From: Piedraia hortae CBS 480.64
Lineage: Eukaryota
Assembly: GCA_010093745.1 (NCBI GenBank)
Contig: MU005967.1
Coordinates: 310,001 to 371,649, forward strand
DNA length: 61,649 nt
Direction: 5' to 3'
Shown: positions 37,937-49,336 of the stretch, one piece after another
Position numbering within the stretch: position 1 is the stretch's first letter
How the letters are laid out: every line of letters starts with the position of its first letter
Translations under genes and position numbers: made by a program
Notes under the pieces: model-generated
The model's input: the letters and a program-made list of their open reading frames with translations, nothing else
Told to the model about the DNA's origin: nothing
Databases searched by the model: none

Positions 37937-40900
37937 TTAGATCTTGACATCCAATCCTCTTTCCTCTGCCGCCCTTCTAATCGTTTCTTTGATCTGCACA
38001 ACCACATCCTCCCAGCTACATTCACCATCATCTTCAGCGTCTCCTCTGTCAACGTTTCCAACCACCCACTTCAACCATCTAGCAACGGCAACCGCCTTCC
38101 ACAAATCCCTTTCGATCAAAACAACATTCTCGAGATACGTCACAAGCGCAGCCACATCTTCCGTATACGGACCACAGACAAACCCGCGCACCCAAAGCGA
38201 AACCGCCTCGCGCAGTGAGGGCAAGGTATGGAGTTTCTGAGAGGTAAATGTAACCTGCGGAGAGCGGAGAGAAGGCAGGTCTATAGTCGTTGCGGCTTTG
38301 GGCTGGGTAATCTCACCTCTGTTCTTGGGTTTAAGGCACCGCAACTGGCGTTGTTGTTGCTGTAGTAGTTGCTGTTGCTGCTCAATGACTTCTTTACGTA
38401 ACTCCTCTGGTAGAGCTGCTAGAACTTCCTGATCGAGTTCTTCATATGCTTCACTTTCAGACAGTGCGGACGCAGGACGGCGTGAGAGAAAGTTTAGTTG
38501 TGTCAGTGTGTTGCTTTCTTCGCCTCGGCTACGTGGTCGCAATGGGGCTATGACACGCTTGCGTTTGGATGGTGAAGGTTTTGGTTTCCGTGGAGATGGT
38601 TCACTTTTGCGAGATGATTCTGGTACCACCTTTGACTTTCGAGGTGATTGGAGTAAAAGAGACTGTTCCTTGCCCTTTTGAGGAGATGGTAACTTGTAAT
38701 ACTCGTAAATCTCGGCCCGAACGTCTTCAGGAAGTTCAGCAAGTACTGTTGGATCGATCTGAGATTGGGATGGTAGACCCATGGGAGGATTCAAACAGCT
38801 GCCTTGATTGGCAGCTACCACGCTGGGGCTGGCTTCGGATTGCACAAGGGGATGTGTGCTCGCTGCTGGCACTGCTGCCTTGGGCTTATCATGGACTTGT
38901 CTGACAAGTTTTGCTCGTATGGAATCAGGCAACTCAGCCAGAACATCTGGATCGGCACCAGACGGCATCAGGAACTGTGTGGGAACGTTGCTAGAGACGC
39001 TAATTATACGTTTGTTCGCGGGCGTTGTGACATGTTTGAGCATACTCGTAGATGAGCTAGCTCGCGAATTGTTGGTGAGACTGGCCAAAGTTTCATCACC
39101 GAGATTCCCGTATCCATCTGCATCCAATACAGTATTTTGGACATATTTTGAGCCAGCCTTTGCATTGGACGCTTGTGCGTTAGATTCTTCTGGCAGAGCA
39201 TGCAAAGTGAAAGATTGTTTTGTCAACTTTGTTCGAATTTCATCTGGAACCTCAGCTAGTACGCTCAAACTGACCTGAGATGGACGAAGAACTTGGGTCG
39301 AGGGCTGTGCGGGCTGTACGGGCTCTTTCCCAGTTTCATTACCAGAAGCATGGCCGGCCATTGCGAAGCGAAGTCTCTTTTGGCTACTATTTGCCTTTGC
39401 AGACTTCAATTTTTGCATTTGCAAGCCAATGCCTCTTAGATCACCGGGCGGAATGCGTAACGACTTCATCAGAGCGACTGCTTCCTGAGATATGGTTGTC
39501 GAATCATTGGTTGCTACGCCCAAATGCACGCTTTTGCTACAAGCATCGCATTTCCCGTGCCCTAGGTGTTTGGTAGTTTCCAAGGGTGCGTCTGCAGCGC
39601 GTTTAAGAACTTTCAAGGTTAGCTGCTGACCGCTGACGCCCTCCTTGGTCAGCCTTTTATGCAACTCGCCGCTCAGCCCATGTAGGAATTCATCCACTTG
39701 TTCCTTACTCTCAAATCGGACGCCCCAATTGACCTCTGCAGAGACTGATTTGCGCACAGTCTCCTGACCGACTTCTGTTCGATCTACACCCTGACTATAA
39801 TCCCATACCCTTTCGCCCGTCTTACGACCAAGCGTGTTTATTAGTTTCTCCTTGCTTAGGCTTCTTATATCGCTGACTCGCTTTACTCCAATGTCCTCAA
39901 GGCGGCCTCCAATGCTTCTTGCCACTCCCGGTAAATGCTGCACCTCCAGATTTCCGATAACATCCCAAACATCCCCAGGCCTGAGTTGATATTGGCCAGC
40001 AGGCTTGGCTTTTCGCAGTGCAACTTTGGCCTGCAGAATATTGCCGCCAATTCCTACAGACACCGCACAGCCAGTTCGTTTCGAAATTTCACGGCGAAGA
40101 TGCTCGGCAAGTTCGTCAGCCTTGGTCTGTTCTTCAACGATATTTCCACATTCAGCACAGATGGCACTAATGTCAACCAAGGCTTCATCAATGCTAACGC
40201 TCTGCACGATCCCGCCCGTTGCAAGAATAGCATCATAAAACGTTTTACTCGCGGCTTCGTACGCTGGAAAGTCGTACGGCAAAACTTTAAGATCGGGGCA
40301 AAGCTCTTGAGCAAGGCGCATCCACATGCCATTCTTCACACCAAAGGCTCGAGCAGGGTAGTTGCAGCTGGCAATTTCAGAACCTGACCCACTTCCATGG
40401 GCAACAACAACTGGCTGGTTCTTAAGCTCTGGGTGTTTTTTCAAGGATATGGCTGCAAAAAAGGAATCAAAATCGACATGCATGATGTAGCGTCGCTGGC
40501 ATAGATCCTTTTTGGGCCTTTGGCAGGATGTTTCGGCCGCCAGCTCTTGAAGTGTTGCTTTAAGCTCGGCCTTCCATGTAGACAAGTGATGAAGGCGTGA
40601 CTCGCGGTAGTACTGCTCGAGAAATTCGGGATTCAAGACGGTAGACTTGCGTATCCTAGGGTCTGCTAGAAGCAGTGCATTGGGATCTTCTGCCCCTGTA
40701 GCGTCCGCATTGCTCATCTGCTTTGACTCACGACGCGCAAGGGGCTTCTCTAACTGTGGTTCTGGTTGGGCTTCTAGAGCACGCTCCATTGAGCTGGTTA
40801 TATCAAGCATCGAGTCATCATCGTCAGCTACATCAGAACCTTTTTGGGCCTGGCGGTTCTTCAAGTCACGAGTGTACCAGCTGCCATCTGATTGCTCTTT

Positions 40901-41431
40901 ATAGCCCTGCTTCTTAACGATTGCCTGAGATCGTAGCTGTCCGCTGGAGAAACTCAATGTTTTCTGTCCCTGACCTTCATCCACAACGCGGTAATCGTCC
41001 CAAGGTAGCAGCCGTTCGGCCCGAACGCTATCTACAATCCAAGCGGGTTTCACAACTTTATAACGTCTGAACTCTTCCTTCTTCTTTGGAGTCAGTGCGC
41101 TGGCTATGATGTGTGTCACCGTCGTCTTTCCATCCAGATATTGCATGAAACCGCCACCATGCTGGACGATCAAAGCATGCAAGTCGCTTAGAGAGGGTTG
41201 AGTGTAACCATTTACATGACAAACCAGGCCTTTGAATATCTGAGGCCGGTGACCAGATTGAGACCTCAGCTCTGCATCAAGATTTTGGAGTTTGATCTTC
41301 TTCCGTCGGAAGTAGTCCGAAAATCCACCAAACGCGGAGGCATTATACTCTTCGCCTGATTCATTGCTGAAGGTATGCCGTTCGATGCGTTTCTTAGCTG
41401 AATTAGACCCTTGTTCAAGACGAGCGCCCAT
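37937..41431 (-). CDS. REV1: Y-family deoxycytidyl transferase Rev1
   Basis: BRCT (VNGYTQPS..VVKPAWIVDS), SRLHHLSTWK, HVDFDSFF, SCNYPAR, SIDEA. Probable start MGARLEQ at 41431. Confidence 0.95.
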   Translation of the reverse strand: MGARLEQGSNSAKKRIERHTFSNESGEEYNASAFGGFSDYFRRKKIKLQNLDAELRSQSGHRPQIFKGLVCHVNGYTQPSLSDLHALIVQHGGGFMQYLDGKTTVTHIIASALTPKKKEEFRRYKVVKPAWIVDSVRAERLLPWDDYRVVDEGQGQKTLSFSSGQLRSQAIVKKQGYKEQSDGSWYTRDLKNRQAQKGSDVADDDDSMLDITSSMERALEAQPEPQLEKPLARRESKQMSNADATGAEDPNALLLADPRIRKSTVLNPEFLEQYYRESRLHHLSTWKAELKATLQELAAETSCQRPKKDLCQRRYIMHVDFDSFFAAISLKKHPELKNQPVVVAHGSGSGSEIASCNYPARAFGVKNGMWMRLAQELCPDLKVLPYDFPAYEAASKTFYDAILATGGIVQSVSIDEALVDISAICAECGNIVEEQTKADELAEHLRREISKRTGCAVSVGIGGNILQAKVALRKAKPAGQYQLRPGDVWDVIGNLEVQHLPGVARSIGGRLEDIGVKRVSDIRSLSKEKLINTLGRKTGERVWDYSQGVDRTEVGQETVRKSVSAEVNWGVRFESKEQVDEFLHGLSGELHKRLTKEGVSGQQLTLKVLKRAADAPLETTKHLGHGKCDACSKSVHLGVATNDSTTISQEAVALMKSLRIPPGDLRGIGLQMQKLKSAKANSSQKRLRFAMAGHASGNETGKEPVQPAQPSTQVLRPSQVSLSVLAEVPDEIRTKLTKQSFTLHALPEESNAQASNAKAGSKYVQNTVLDADGYGNLGDETLASLTNNSRASSSTSMLKHVTTPANKRIISVSSNVPTQFLMPSGADPDVLAELPDSIRAKLVRQVHDKPKAAVPAASTHPLVQSEASPSVVAANQGSCLNPPMGLPSQSQIDPTVLAELPEDVRAEIYEYYKLPSPQKGKEQSLLLQSPRKSKVVPESSRKSEPSPRKPKPSPSKRKRVIAPLRPRSRGEESNTLTQLNFLSRRPASALSESEAYEELDQEVLAALPEELRKEVIEQQQQLLQQQQRQLRCLKPKNRGEITQPKAATTIDLPSLRSPQVTFTSQKLHTLPSLREAVSLWVRGFVCGPYTEDVAALVTYLENVVLIERDLWKAVAVARWLKWVVGNVDRGDAEDDGECSWEDVVVQIKETIRRAAEERGLDVKI

Positions 41432-42205
41432 TGACCGCGCCCCGTGGGGGTGGGCGTTGTTGACTTCCAAGTGCGGAATAATTCCGTAGGGACACTGCAA
41501 ACTTTTAATACCAGAATATCTTAAACTTTGTTTGCTTTGCTGTTTTGACACAGCAGTCAATCGATCTTTAGTGTGCTTAGAGTGCCTACTTTTGCATTGA
41601 TACACAAGATGAAAACAATCATTCTCTCGGCTAGCAAGTAAAATCAGAGTTTCACGCTTGCCAAAGTGATGAATCTCTAATATAGGTATGTAATCAAGTG
41701 AATGCGTCAACTGCGTGCAGGATTCAGATCTTGAAACCGAGTCATCGCTCGAGTATCCAAACGTGTTTGACTCTTCATACAAAGTGCCGTCGAGATTCTT
41801 GGTAGGCTCCCAAATGCACCAAGCCGAGGACATGAATGGCCTAATATGAAGGCCCTTTCATGCCAAGAGATGGTCACACACAAGAGCAAGACGCGCGAAA
41901 TTTACTTTGATGCGAACCCGGCAAAACGTAAAGAGATATCATCCCGTACCACAAACAGCAGGTGGTCCGGCTTCAGATAGACAAGAGTCTCGAAGGGAAG
42001 TGTGAGCAGAGCAATCGGTTACTGTCTATCCATTACGTATCGCAAACCCTATCATTGCCGCAAATAAACGCCGTGTTCCTTGAATCACATTCTGTAAAGC
42101 AAACAAGACCGCGAGTGGGGTGTAGTGACAAACCGACAATGGATGAAGCTTGCTCACCTAAGATCGTCGTGGGGTCTCTTGACAGTTTTCCGACTTTTGA
42201 CGAAC

Positions 42206-43743
42206 CTATTTGCCTTTTTGAACGTCCACCAGCTTGACATCGAAGATGAGGGTCGAGTTTGCAGGAATGCCAGGCATATCGCGCTTGCCATAGCCGAGAC
42301 TCGGCGGAACAGTAACGCGCCTCTCGCCTCCAACCTTCATGCCGGCAACTCCAATGTCCCATCCCTTGATGACTTCGCGAGCACCCAGCTTAAATTTAAA
42401 CGGCGTACCCTTTTTGCATGCATCAAACTGCTTACCGTTCTCCAGCTTGCCAATGTACCTCACACTAACACGGTCACCGGCCTCGGCAACGGCTCCGGTG
42501 CCGAGCTTTCTGTCCCAGGTAGAAACATCCGTAATAGTCTTGGTCTGGGTCGGTTTCTCAGCCGCTGCTGACTTGTCATTGGCTTTGTGCTTGTTATTGC
42601 CATTCTTTACCTGCGAAGGACCCTGCTCAAGCTGCATGGCAAAAGACACCTTTTTGTCAGACTTGTTAGGCGACTCGGCAGGTTTGTCCCCCACCTCGGC
42701 GACAGTAGCAGCGGTCCCATTGTTCTTCTTCAGCTTTTTGAGCTGCCTCTTGCTCAACTTTGGCTCGCCTGCGGGAGACGCGTTGGCCATCATGGAATCA
42801 AGGTCAGCAGCGCCATCCTCGGCAGGACGTTTTTTGAGAGCAACAGCGTCCAGCTTCTTTTCCTTGACGAGCGCGGGCGCAGTCTCCTCGTCTTCACCAT
42901 CCTCGAGTTCCACGACGCGCGGATCTGCCATATTATCTAGGTGGGTTAGCCATGGTCATTTTTGCGAAGGACAAACCTACCAAGCTCATCATCTTCCTCG
43001 CTCAAGTCGGCCTCAAGACCGTAGCCTTCGTCATCCTCCGAATCAGAATCATATTCCTCGTCAGGAGATGCAAGATAGTTGCCGGTGAGGTAGATGGTGT
43101 ATGGGCCGGACGCTTGGAACAATATCTGTTCGTCCTCATTAATGACAAGGTCAAGGGCCTGCTGACAATTCTGATTCGTGTTAGAGCGGGTCAAGAACGG
43201 TTACATAGGACTTACCTTTTCGGGGTCAAGAGTGCACAGGAGGAAAGATTCCATGCCCATTTCTTCGTCGCTTGCCTGGTCGCTTCCTTCGTCACTGACA
43301 TCCATAGGGTCGCTATCATCAGAGGACTTGGAAACGCCATTCGCCCCGTCTTTGGCTTCGGCACCCATGGGCAACTGCTTGCCCTTGCCCCTGGCTGTGG
43401 CCTTCTGTACCTGCTTGCTCTTATCGGTGATCAAGTCTTCATCGTCGCCATCTTCATCATCATCCGAGCCCCCCAACATTGCCAGGTTCGAGACATCAAA
43501 TTCGCCATCATCCTCATCGCTGGAGTATTCAGCATCATTAGGCACACGGATGATCTTCAAAGTCGTGCGGAGCTGAGTACCGCCCTTAGCGAGCTTAGCC
43601 TGATCGGCTTTGGTCAACTCTTGCGGGTCGATTGCAGCCATAGCAATGCGAAACGTGGCTGGAACGCCAGGAGTACTGGGCACAGGATGCTCATCTCCGG
43701 GTACCTGGACCCCCCAGAAAGCCATGGGAAATAGAGACGCCAT
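42206..43743 (-). CDS. FPR4: Nucleolar nucleoplasmin-like FKBP PPIase (Fpr3/Fpr4 type); introns 43171-43215 and 42937-42980
   Basis: N-terminus [35 protein letters not shown]; acidic tracts; FKBP domain [20 protein letters not shown]. Confidence 0.9.
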
Positions 43744-43885
43744 TGCAATGAGGTGCGGTGTGATGTGCAAAAAAATTTGTGTGGAAATCGCATGTCTTTG
43801 AAACTGCCGAAGATGGTCCGGGCTTCACGGAACGGGCCGGGGCCTCGCGCGCGGGGCTATGCACTTACATAAGCTGATGCCTCGT

Positions 43886-43914
43886 CGCGTCGCGTCGCGT
43901 CGCGTCACGCGAAA
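43886..43914. promoter_or_regulatory. Tandem MCB/SCB-like (MBF/SBF) CGCG elements upstream of PRI1
   Basis: (CGCGT)x4 followed by CACGCGAAA, ending ~20 bp before the PRI1 ATG. Confidence 0.55.
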
Positions 43915-43933
43915 GAATACTAGGACGCATAAA

Positions 43934-45253
43934 ATGTCAGATAAAGAGGATGAAGAAATGGCCGATGGGCCCTCGGCAACGGATTTTCTGGGAGGAGGCC
44001 AAGCAGAAACTCCTGCAGCAGCTTCCACCAAGTTTTGCGACCCAGACGTCCTGCGCCAATACTATCAGCGCCTTTTCCCCTTTCGCCCTCTGTTCCAATG
44101 GCTAAACCACTCGGCTACGCCACAGGCAGATTTCCAGAACCGCGAATTTGCATTTGTACTGTCTGGCGGGGCATACATTCGGTATCAATCGTTCATGACG
44201 GCCGATCTGTTCCGCAAGCAATGTGTTCAGATGACGCCGGAGCGGTTTGAAATAGGACCACAGTACAGCGTGAATCCCAGGGACAGGAAACAGCTACGCT
44301 CTGCCAGTGCCCTGCGGCCAGTCATGAAGGAACTAGTGTTTGACATTGATATGACAGACTACGATCCCATAAGGACGTGCTGTCAGGGCGCAGCAATTTG
44401 CCACAAGTGCTGGCAATTCATAGTAATGGCTATTAAAGTCGTAGATGCAGCATTGCGGGACGAGTTTGGTTATAAGCACATCCTTTGGGTCTACTCCGGC
44501 CGCAGAGGCGTGCATGCATGGGTGAGCGACCGTCACGCACGAGAACTGGACGACGCACGACGCAAAGCAATTATGGGATTTCTCGTGGTAGCAACAGAGG
44601 GTGCTGAGCGTGGGAAGCGGATGAGCCTCAAAAGGCCGCTGCACCCTCATATTGACCGTAGCTTGAAGTTGCTGACGCCGTACTTCCAAAGCAGCGTTTT
44701 GCCCGGACAGGACCCGTGGAGGTCTTTGTCACAAGCGGAAAAACTGCTTGCTGCATTGCCCGATGCAACGTTGACAGCAGCTTTACAGAAGAAATGGAAC
44801 AGTGCGCCTGACCGGTCCTCGACCCAGAAATGGGCTGATATCGATGCCGTGGCTGAAGCAGGTCACCTCTCCATCTCACCCAAGCAGTTGCTGGAGGCCA
44901 AACAAGATTTGCGTTTGGAATACACCTACCCACGCCTCGATGCAGAGGTTTCCAAGAAAAGGAACCATTTACTGAAATCGCCTTTTGTTGTGCACCCTGG
45001 TACGGGGCGAGTCTGCGTGCCAATAGACACGAGACATCTGGACCAATTTGATCCTCTGGCAGTCCCTACCGTAACTCAACTTTTGCGTGAAATCGATGAA
45101 TGGCCACAAGACACGACAGAGGAAAACCCGGCAAAGATGCAAGAATGGCAGAGAACAAGCCTCAAGCCATATCTCGAGTACTTCAAAGGCTATGTTACAG
45201 ACTTACTCAAGAGCGAGGGCAAGAAAAGGAACGAGGACGGCATCGAATTTTAG
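43934..45253 (+). CDS. PRI1: DNA primase small (catalytic) subunit, intronless
   Basis: REFAF, KELVFDIDMTDY, YSGRRGVHAW, YPRLD, HLLKSPFVVHPGTG. Confidence 0.96.
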   Translation: MSDKEDEEMADGPSATDFLGGGQAETPAAASTKFCDPDVLRQYYQRLFPFRPLFQWLNHSATPQADFQNREFAFVLSGGAYIRYQSFMTADLFRKQCVQMTPERFEIGPQYSVNPRDRKQLRSASALRPVMKELVFDIDMTDYDPIRTCCQGAAICHKCWQFIVMAIKVVDAALRDEFGYKHILWVYSGRRGVHAWVSDRHARELDDARRKAIMGFLVVATEGAERGKRMSLKRPLHPHIDRSLKLLTPYFQSSVLPGQDPWRSLSQAEKLLAALPDATLTAALQKKWNSAPDRSSTQKWADIDAVAEAGHLSISPKQLLEAKQDLRLEYTYPRLDAEVSKKRNHLLKSPFVVHPGTGRVCVPIDTRHLDQFDPLAVPTVTQLLREIDEWPQDTTEENPAKMQEWQRTSLKPYLEYFKGYVTDLLKSEGKKRNEDGIEF

Positions 45254-45317
45254 TAGACATGACTTTCAACGTACAGCGAGGCGGTAGCTGGTCTTTCAGC
45301 ATATGGTGTCAAGCAAA

Positions 45318-48317
45318 TTATTCGTCCATCTCGGCATCCATGCCCACATCCTCGATTTCGGGGATCAATTCACCCTCACCTCGCTTGACCTGGCCCTGCT
45401 CGTACATTCGCCTTTGCCAGCCCTCACGCGCTGAGGCATCCTTGACAAACTCTATGGTTGGGAAGTAGTGCTCATTCTTCTTCATGGTCGCCACCCATGG
45501 AACATTGTCAAAAGTCATGACCTTGAGGCGGAAATACGTGTTGTCGGGAATCTTGTTCGTTTCCCGGAGAAAGCTTTCCAGGTCAGGCGTGGACACGGCA
45601 TTCACAGCCATGATGAAGTTTGTCGGCGCTAGGCCGTACATGTACGCTGGTGATCCACGCAGGCGGGCGCTAACGTAGATATCTGAATGGACCTTTGATA
45701 TCTGCTGACGCACGGCTTGGTGTGGACGATGCAACAATGCGCCGCAAAAGACGACGACGCGATCTGTTTCGGTTTCCGAAGTGGGTACCGTGGGTATTTC
45801 GAGCGCAATCTGCTCCTGTTTACGAACAATGACGGCTTGTAAGGAAGGGTTGGTGTACATGACGTCCATATCCGAGACACGCGTGATGAGCTTGTCGTTG
45901 AGCGTCAGGATGATGTCGCCCTCGGCAAGGCCCTCTACACCCCCGGCGTCAACCTTTCGGACCATGAAAAGCTGGTGGCGCTCCGGATCCTCGCGCTCAA
46001 CGCGTTCAATCCACTCTTCACTGACCCCCATGATGCGACATTGCGCCATTTGCACCGTTTGCGTTTCCAAGTTAAGGATGCGTAAGTCTGGTCGCACACC
46101 CTGTCTGACCTTTTCAACCACTGGAAGCAATGCCGGCGTCGAAAAGCCCAGGTGGTACTCTACGTCTTTGCAGGAATGAGACGACCGCTCACCCAGGTAG
46201 GTCAGCCAAAGAGCCTGCACGGTGCCGTCCTGTGACATGAGCACGCCACTGCCGCACTGGGCAGCAAGCGAGGTATCCACAGTGATGGCGTCAAGATTGA
46301 CGGCCCGGTACCGCGGTGTGGCAGCGCTGGCGGGAATGGCCACGGTGGTGATGTCTGTAACAACCGTTTCTGTAACGACGGGTCGGAGGTTTTGATTGAA
46401 ACCCAAGAATATGGTGTTCTCGCCCTGCTTGATGGCTGTTGTGGCCAGCTTGGCCGACTTGACGGGCGCCAGGACAAGCGATGGATCATACTGTATGATG
46501 GTGTAGTTTTGAAGTGGATGCATAAAGACGACACGGCCGTCAACGATGATACTGTCAGCAATGGTTACGCTGATGTCGGCCATGTCATAAGGCACGATGG
46601 CTCGGCTGACCAAGACCAGGCCTTTGTCCGCATCGATGACTAGGCCAAACCCGATGCTCTTGGACCGCGGGAATCCATCCAGCTTGAGCGGCATCATGGT
46701 GCTCACACGCACAAAACTACGCACAATGTCTACAGCCTCAGGGTGCTTGGTGCCAACGATCTGGATGAAATTGCCCTTTCTGGGCACCGGCGGCTTAGGT
46801 GGTACAGGGCCGGCGATGTCGGAAAAATCCCAAGAACCCGTTTCGTCGTTGCGCACCACGAGCCGCATGTTGCGGTGCCAGTGGCGATCGACAAGCATGA
46901 TACTGGTGTTGAGCGTGTGCATATCCCGCAGATGCTTGTAGGTGACAACGACGCGGCTGCGGTCGGGAATGGCCCTCATCACATCTATGAAGCTTCTAAG
47001 ATCCGGCGTCGTCTTTTGGTCGATTGATTGAATTAGCCAGCCAGACTCTGAGCCGTCGAAGCGGAAGGAGCCGCTGGCCTCACAGCAGTACACGCCGCTG
47101 TCCCGCAAGCTGACGGCGTAGAGACGCGCCTGCTGGTACGAAAGGTCGTGGAACGAGGCGCCAGCAACGCTGACGAAGCGGTCTGGCGTGATTGAGTGTA
47201 GATCCTCGACCGCTAGCCTCACCTCGACGTCCTCGCCACCGCGCTGCACAAGCAGCTTGACCGACTGCCCAACGCTGCTGTCGAGTATATCATCGAGGCG
47301 GACAAACTGCGTCAAGAGCTCGTCGTTGACCTTTACCAACACGTCACCCTCTTCGATTTGCTCGTGTGCAGGGCCACCGGGCAGCACGACTTCTGCCACC
47401 AGCATGCCCGTTTCGGACGGGAACTTTGCTCGCACACGGCCTTCCCACTCGCGACTGAGGCCCAGACGGCGGCACTCGTCAAAGGCGCGGATGACCCACT
47501 GAGTCTGGATTGTACCGCGATCCACATGGCGACCCTCTTGAATATGCTGCAACGCACGCAGCGGTCGGTCGAGCGGCAAAAAGTAGTCGGTGGCAGCCCC
47601 GTCGGCGCGTCCGCCGGCCTGGAGCGCGACGGCATAACCATCGATGTTGACTACCGGTGATCCCGACGAACCTCCAGACGCGGCGGCGGCGGCTTGAATG
47701 TAGTTTGTGTTGAAGTCGCTATAGCCTTCGCCGTACTCTGGCGCATTGCGGTCCAAGCGAGAGATGACACCCGACAAGATGCTGAGCTTCTCGCCGGCAT
47801 CGTTGCCGACGACACGGATCTCGGCTCCCACGCGAGCCAGGTCCGGCCGCAGCGGAAGGCCATTCAGCTTGATGTACTTGATCTTCTGCGGATCAAAGCG
47901 AAGGATGCCAAAGTCGTGTACGGGATCACGATAGACGGGGTAGACATCGCACTCCTCATGGTTGTCGAAGATGCAATATCCCCAGAACGGCCCGGCACCG
48001 ACGACGTGACGGTTTGTGAGGATGAGACCGCGGGCGGCATCGACGACGAAGCCCGTGGCCTCGCTGCTGATGGCCGGATCGGTGTCAAAAGCGCACGTCT
48101 GGCAAAAGTGGATGCTGACGACGTTCTTCACCACCGTCTCGATTGTCGCCTGCCACTCGGCCGTGTCGGCCGTAGCTGCCGCATGTACCACGCCGTTGGG
48201 CTCTTCGTCGACGCCGGCCGTGCCGTTGGCGGGAAGGGAATTCATAGGCGGGGACGGTCTGCGCTTGCACCGGCCGTCGGGGGAGGACGTGGGAGGCAAC
48301 TTACGTTTTACCGTCAT
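45318..48317 (-). CDS. NMA111: HtrA-like nuclear serine protease (an in-frame upstream ATG also exists at 48485)
   Basis: TNRHVV, DPVHDFG and GGSSGSP triad motifs; PDZ-like repeats; NLS-like MTVKRK. Confidence 0.94.
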   Translation of the reverse strand: MTVKRKLPPTSSPDGRCKRRPSPPMNSLPANGTAGVDEEPNGVVHAAATADTAEWQATIETVVKNVVSIHFCQTCAFDTDPAISSEATGFVVDAARGLILTNRHVVGAGPFWGYCIFDNHEECDVYPVYRDPVHDFGILRFDPQKIKYIKLNGLPLRPDLARVGAEIRVVGNDAGEKLSILSGVISRLDRNAPEYGEGYSDFNTNYIQAAAAASGGSSGSPVVNIDGYAVALQAGGRADGAATDYFLPLDRPLRALQHIQEGRHVDRGTIQTQWVIRAFDECRRLGLSREWEGRVRAKFPSETGMLVAEVVLPGGPAHEQIEEGDVLVKVNDELLTQFVRLDDILDSSVGQSVKLLVQRGGEDVEVRLAVEDLHSITPDRFVSVAGASFHDLSYQQARLYAVSLRDSGVYCCEASGSFRFDGSESGWLIQSIDQKTTPDLRSFIDVMRAIPDRSRVVVTYKHLRDMHTLNTSIMLVDRHWHRNMRLVVRNDETGSWDFSDIAGPVPPKPPVPRKGNFIQIVGTKHPEAVDIVRSFVRVSTMMPLKLDGFPRSKSIGFGLVIDADKGLVLVSRAIVPYDMADISVTIADSIIVDGRVVFMHPLQNYTIIQYDPSLVLAPVKSAKLATTAIKQGENTIFLGFNQNLRPVVTETVVTDITTVAIPASAATPRYRAVNLDAITVDTSLAAQCGSGVLMSQDGTVQALWLTYLGERSSHSCKDVEYHLGFSTPALLPVVEKVRQGVRPDLRILNLETQTVQMAQCRIMGVSEEWIERVEREDPERHQLFMVRKVDAGGVEGLAEGDIILTLNDKLITRVSDMDVMYTNPSLQAVIVRKQEQIALEIPTVPTSETETDRVVVFCGALLHRPHQAVRQQISKVHSDIYVSARLRGSPAYMYGLAPTNFIMAVNAVSTPDLESFLRETNKIPDNTYFRLKVMTFDNVPWVATMKKNEHYFPTIEFVKDASAREGWQRRMYEQGQVKRGEGELIPEIEDVGMDAEMDE

Positions 48318-48575
48318 CGGGCGCGCGTGCGGCGTGAATGCGGCCACGCCCCGCCAGTAACACCGTTTCCTCCGGTTGTGCTGGTGAATGAGGACTGGTC
48401 GGAAGAAAGCGGCCGCACGCGGCGTAAGCTGGGCGCTAGTTCTTTGACAAATTCCCAGTTGGCCGCTCGCTAACCAAAGGAGCATCCAGACGGAGACGTC
48501 TGTGGTGGGTGCGAAGGCTGAAGCCGGACGGGACCGGCCGTCCCCCGACTTCAGCTCACCCCGCCTGCGCGCCCG

Positions 48576-49217
48576 TCAGTAACACGCCGCACTTGCTTTC
48601 AGCAAGCACTCGGCGAACACCCGCCCCTTCTCTACGCTGTTATCCGCAGGAACGTGCAGAAACAGCACAGGACGGTCAAATGTCGCAGTGAATCTTTTAT
48701 TCTTCTTCCCATACCATGCCAACGTTGTAAAGTATGTGAAGTCGCAGAGGAACCGCCCTGCGTCCTCGCTCACGCAACACTCTGCCGCGTTATATCCCGC
48801 CGTACATGTCTCCTCTTGCCATTTTCGTATCACGTTCTGAACCCTGAATGATGTCTCCAGCTTCTCTCCGAGACGCTCGTCTTGTTCAGTCGGCAGTGCA
48901 CCGTACAAATCTGGCCTCACGTAGCCATTGGCGTGACCGAACCTCTCTACTGCATACGCGTGGCCAGAATACATGCCAATGTGAAGTACCATGTCCACAG
49001 ATCCTGCATAGCTATCCAGTATTGCGGGCATGAGCTCCGATACATGTCGATAGCTGACACGTAATGGAGACGGTAACGGGACAATGTTGATTTTTACGTG
49101 ATGGTCGGCCAGGCTGGGCGGGAGGCTTTGTGATATCTCATATGATGGATTCACAGGATACTCCTCTTCAAACGGTTCAAAGCCGGTCACGAGGGCAGTA
49201 AATGTCCTTTGCGCCAT
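48576..49217 (-). CDS. Pyroglutamyl peptidase I (peptidase C15)
   Basis: VTGFEPF..NPS, LHIG, AVER, DAGRFLCDF, FLHVP. Confidence 0.88.
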   Translation of the reverse strand: MAQRTFTALVTGFEPFEEEYPVNPSYEISQSLPPSLADHHVKINIVPLPSPLRVSYRHVSELMPAILDSYAGSVDMVLHIGMYSGHAYAVERFGHANGYVRPDLYGALPTEQDERLGEKLETSFRVQNVIRKWQEETCTAGYNAAECCVSEDAGRFLCDFTYFTTLAWYGKKNKRFTATFDRPVLFLHVPADNSVEKGRVFAECLLKASAACY

Positions 49218-49336
49218 GCGTGTCTTTGATGTCAACGAGGTCACACCCGTCGGGATGTGGCCACCAGGAGAAGAAGAAAAGAAAAGGAAGTGGATGAGAA
49301 AAAAAAAAAAGAAACTGACAAGCAAGCTTCAGGCTG

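Noticed and set aside
41432..41833. 134-codon open extension upstream of REV1
   Set aside because: Composition is unlike coding sequence, and recognisable Rev1 sequence begins at MGARLEQ.
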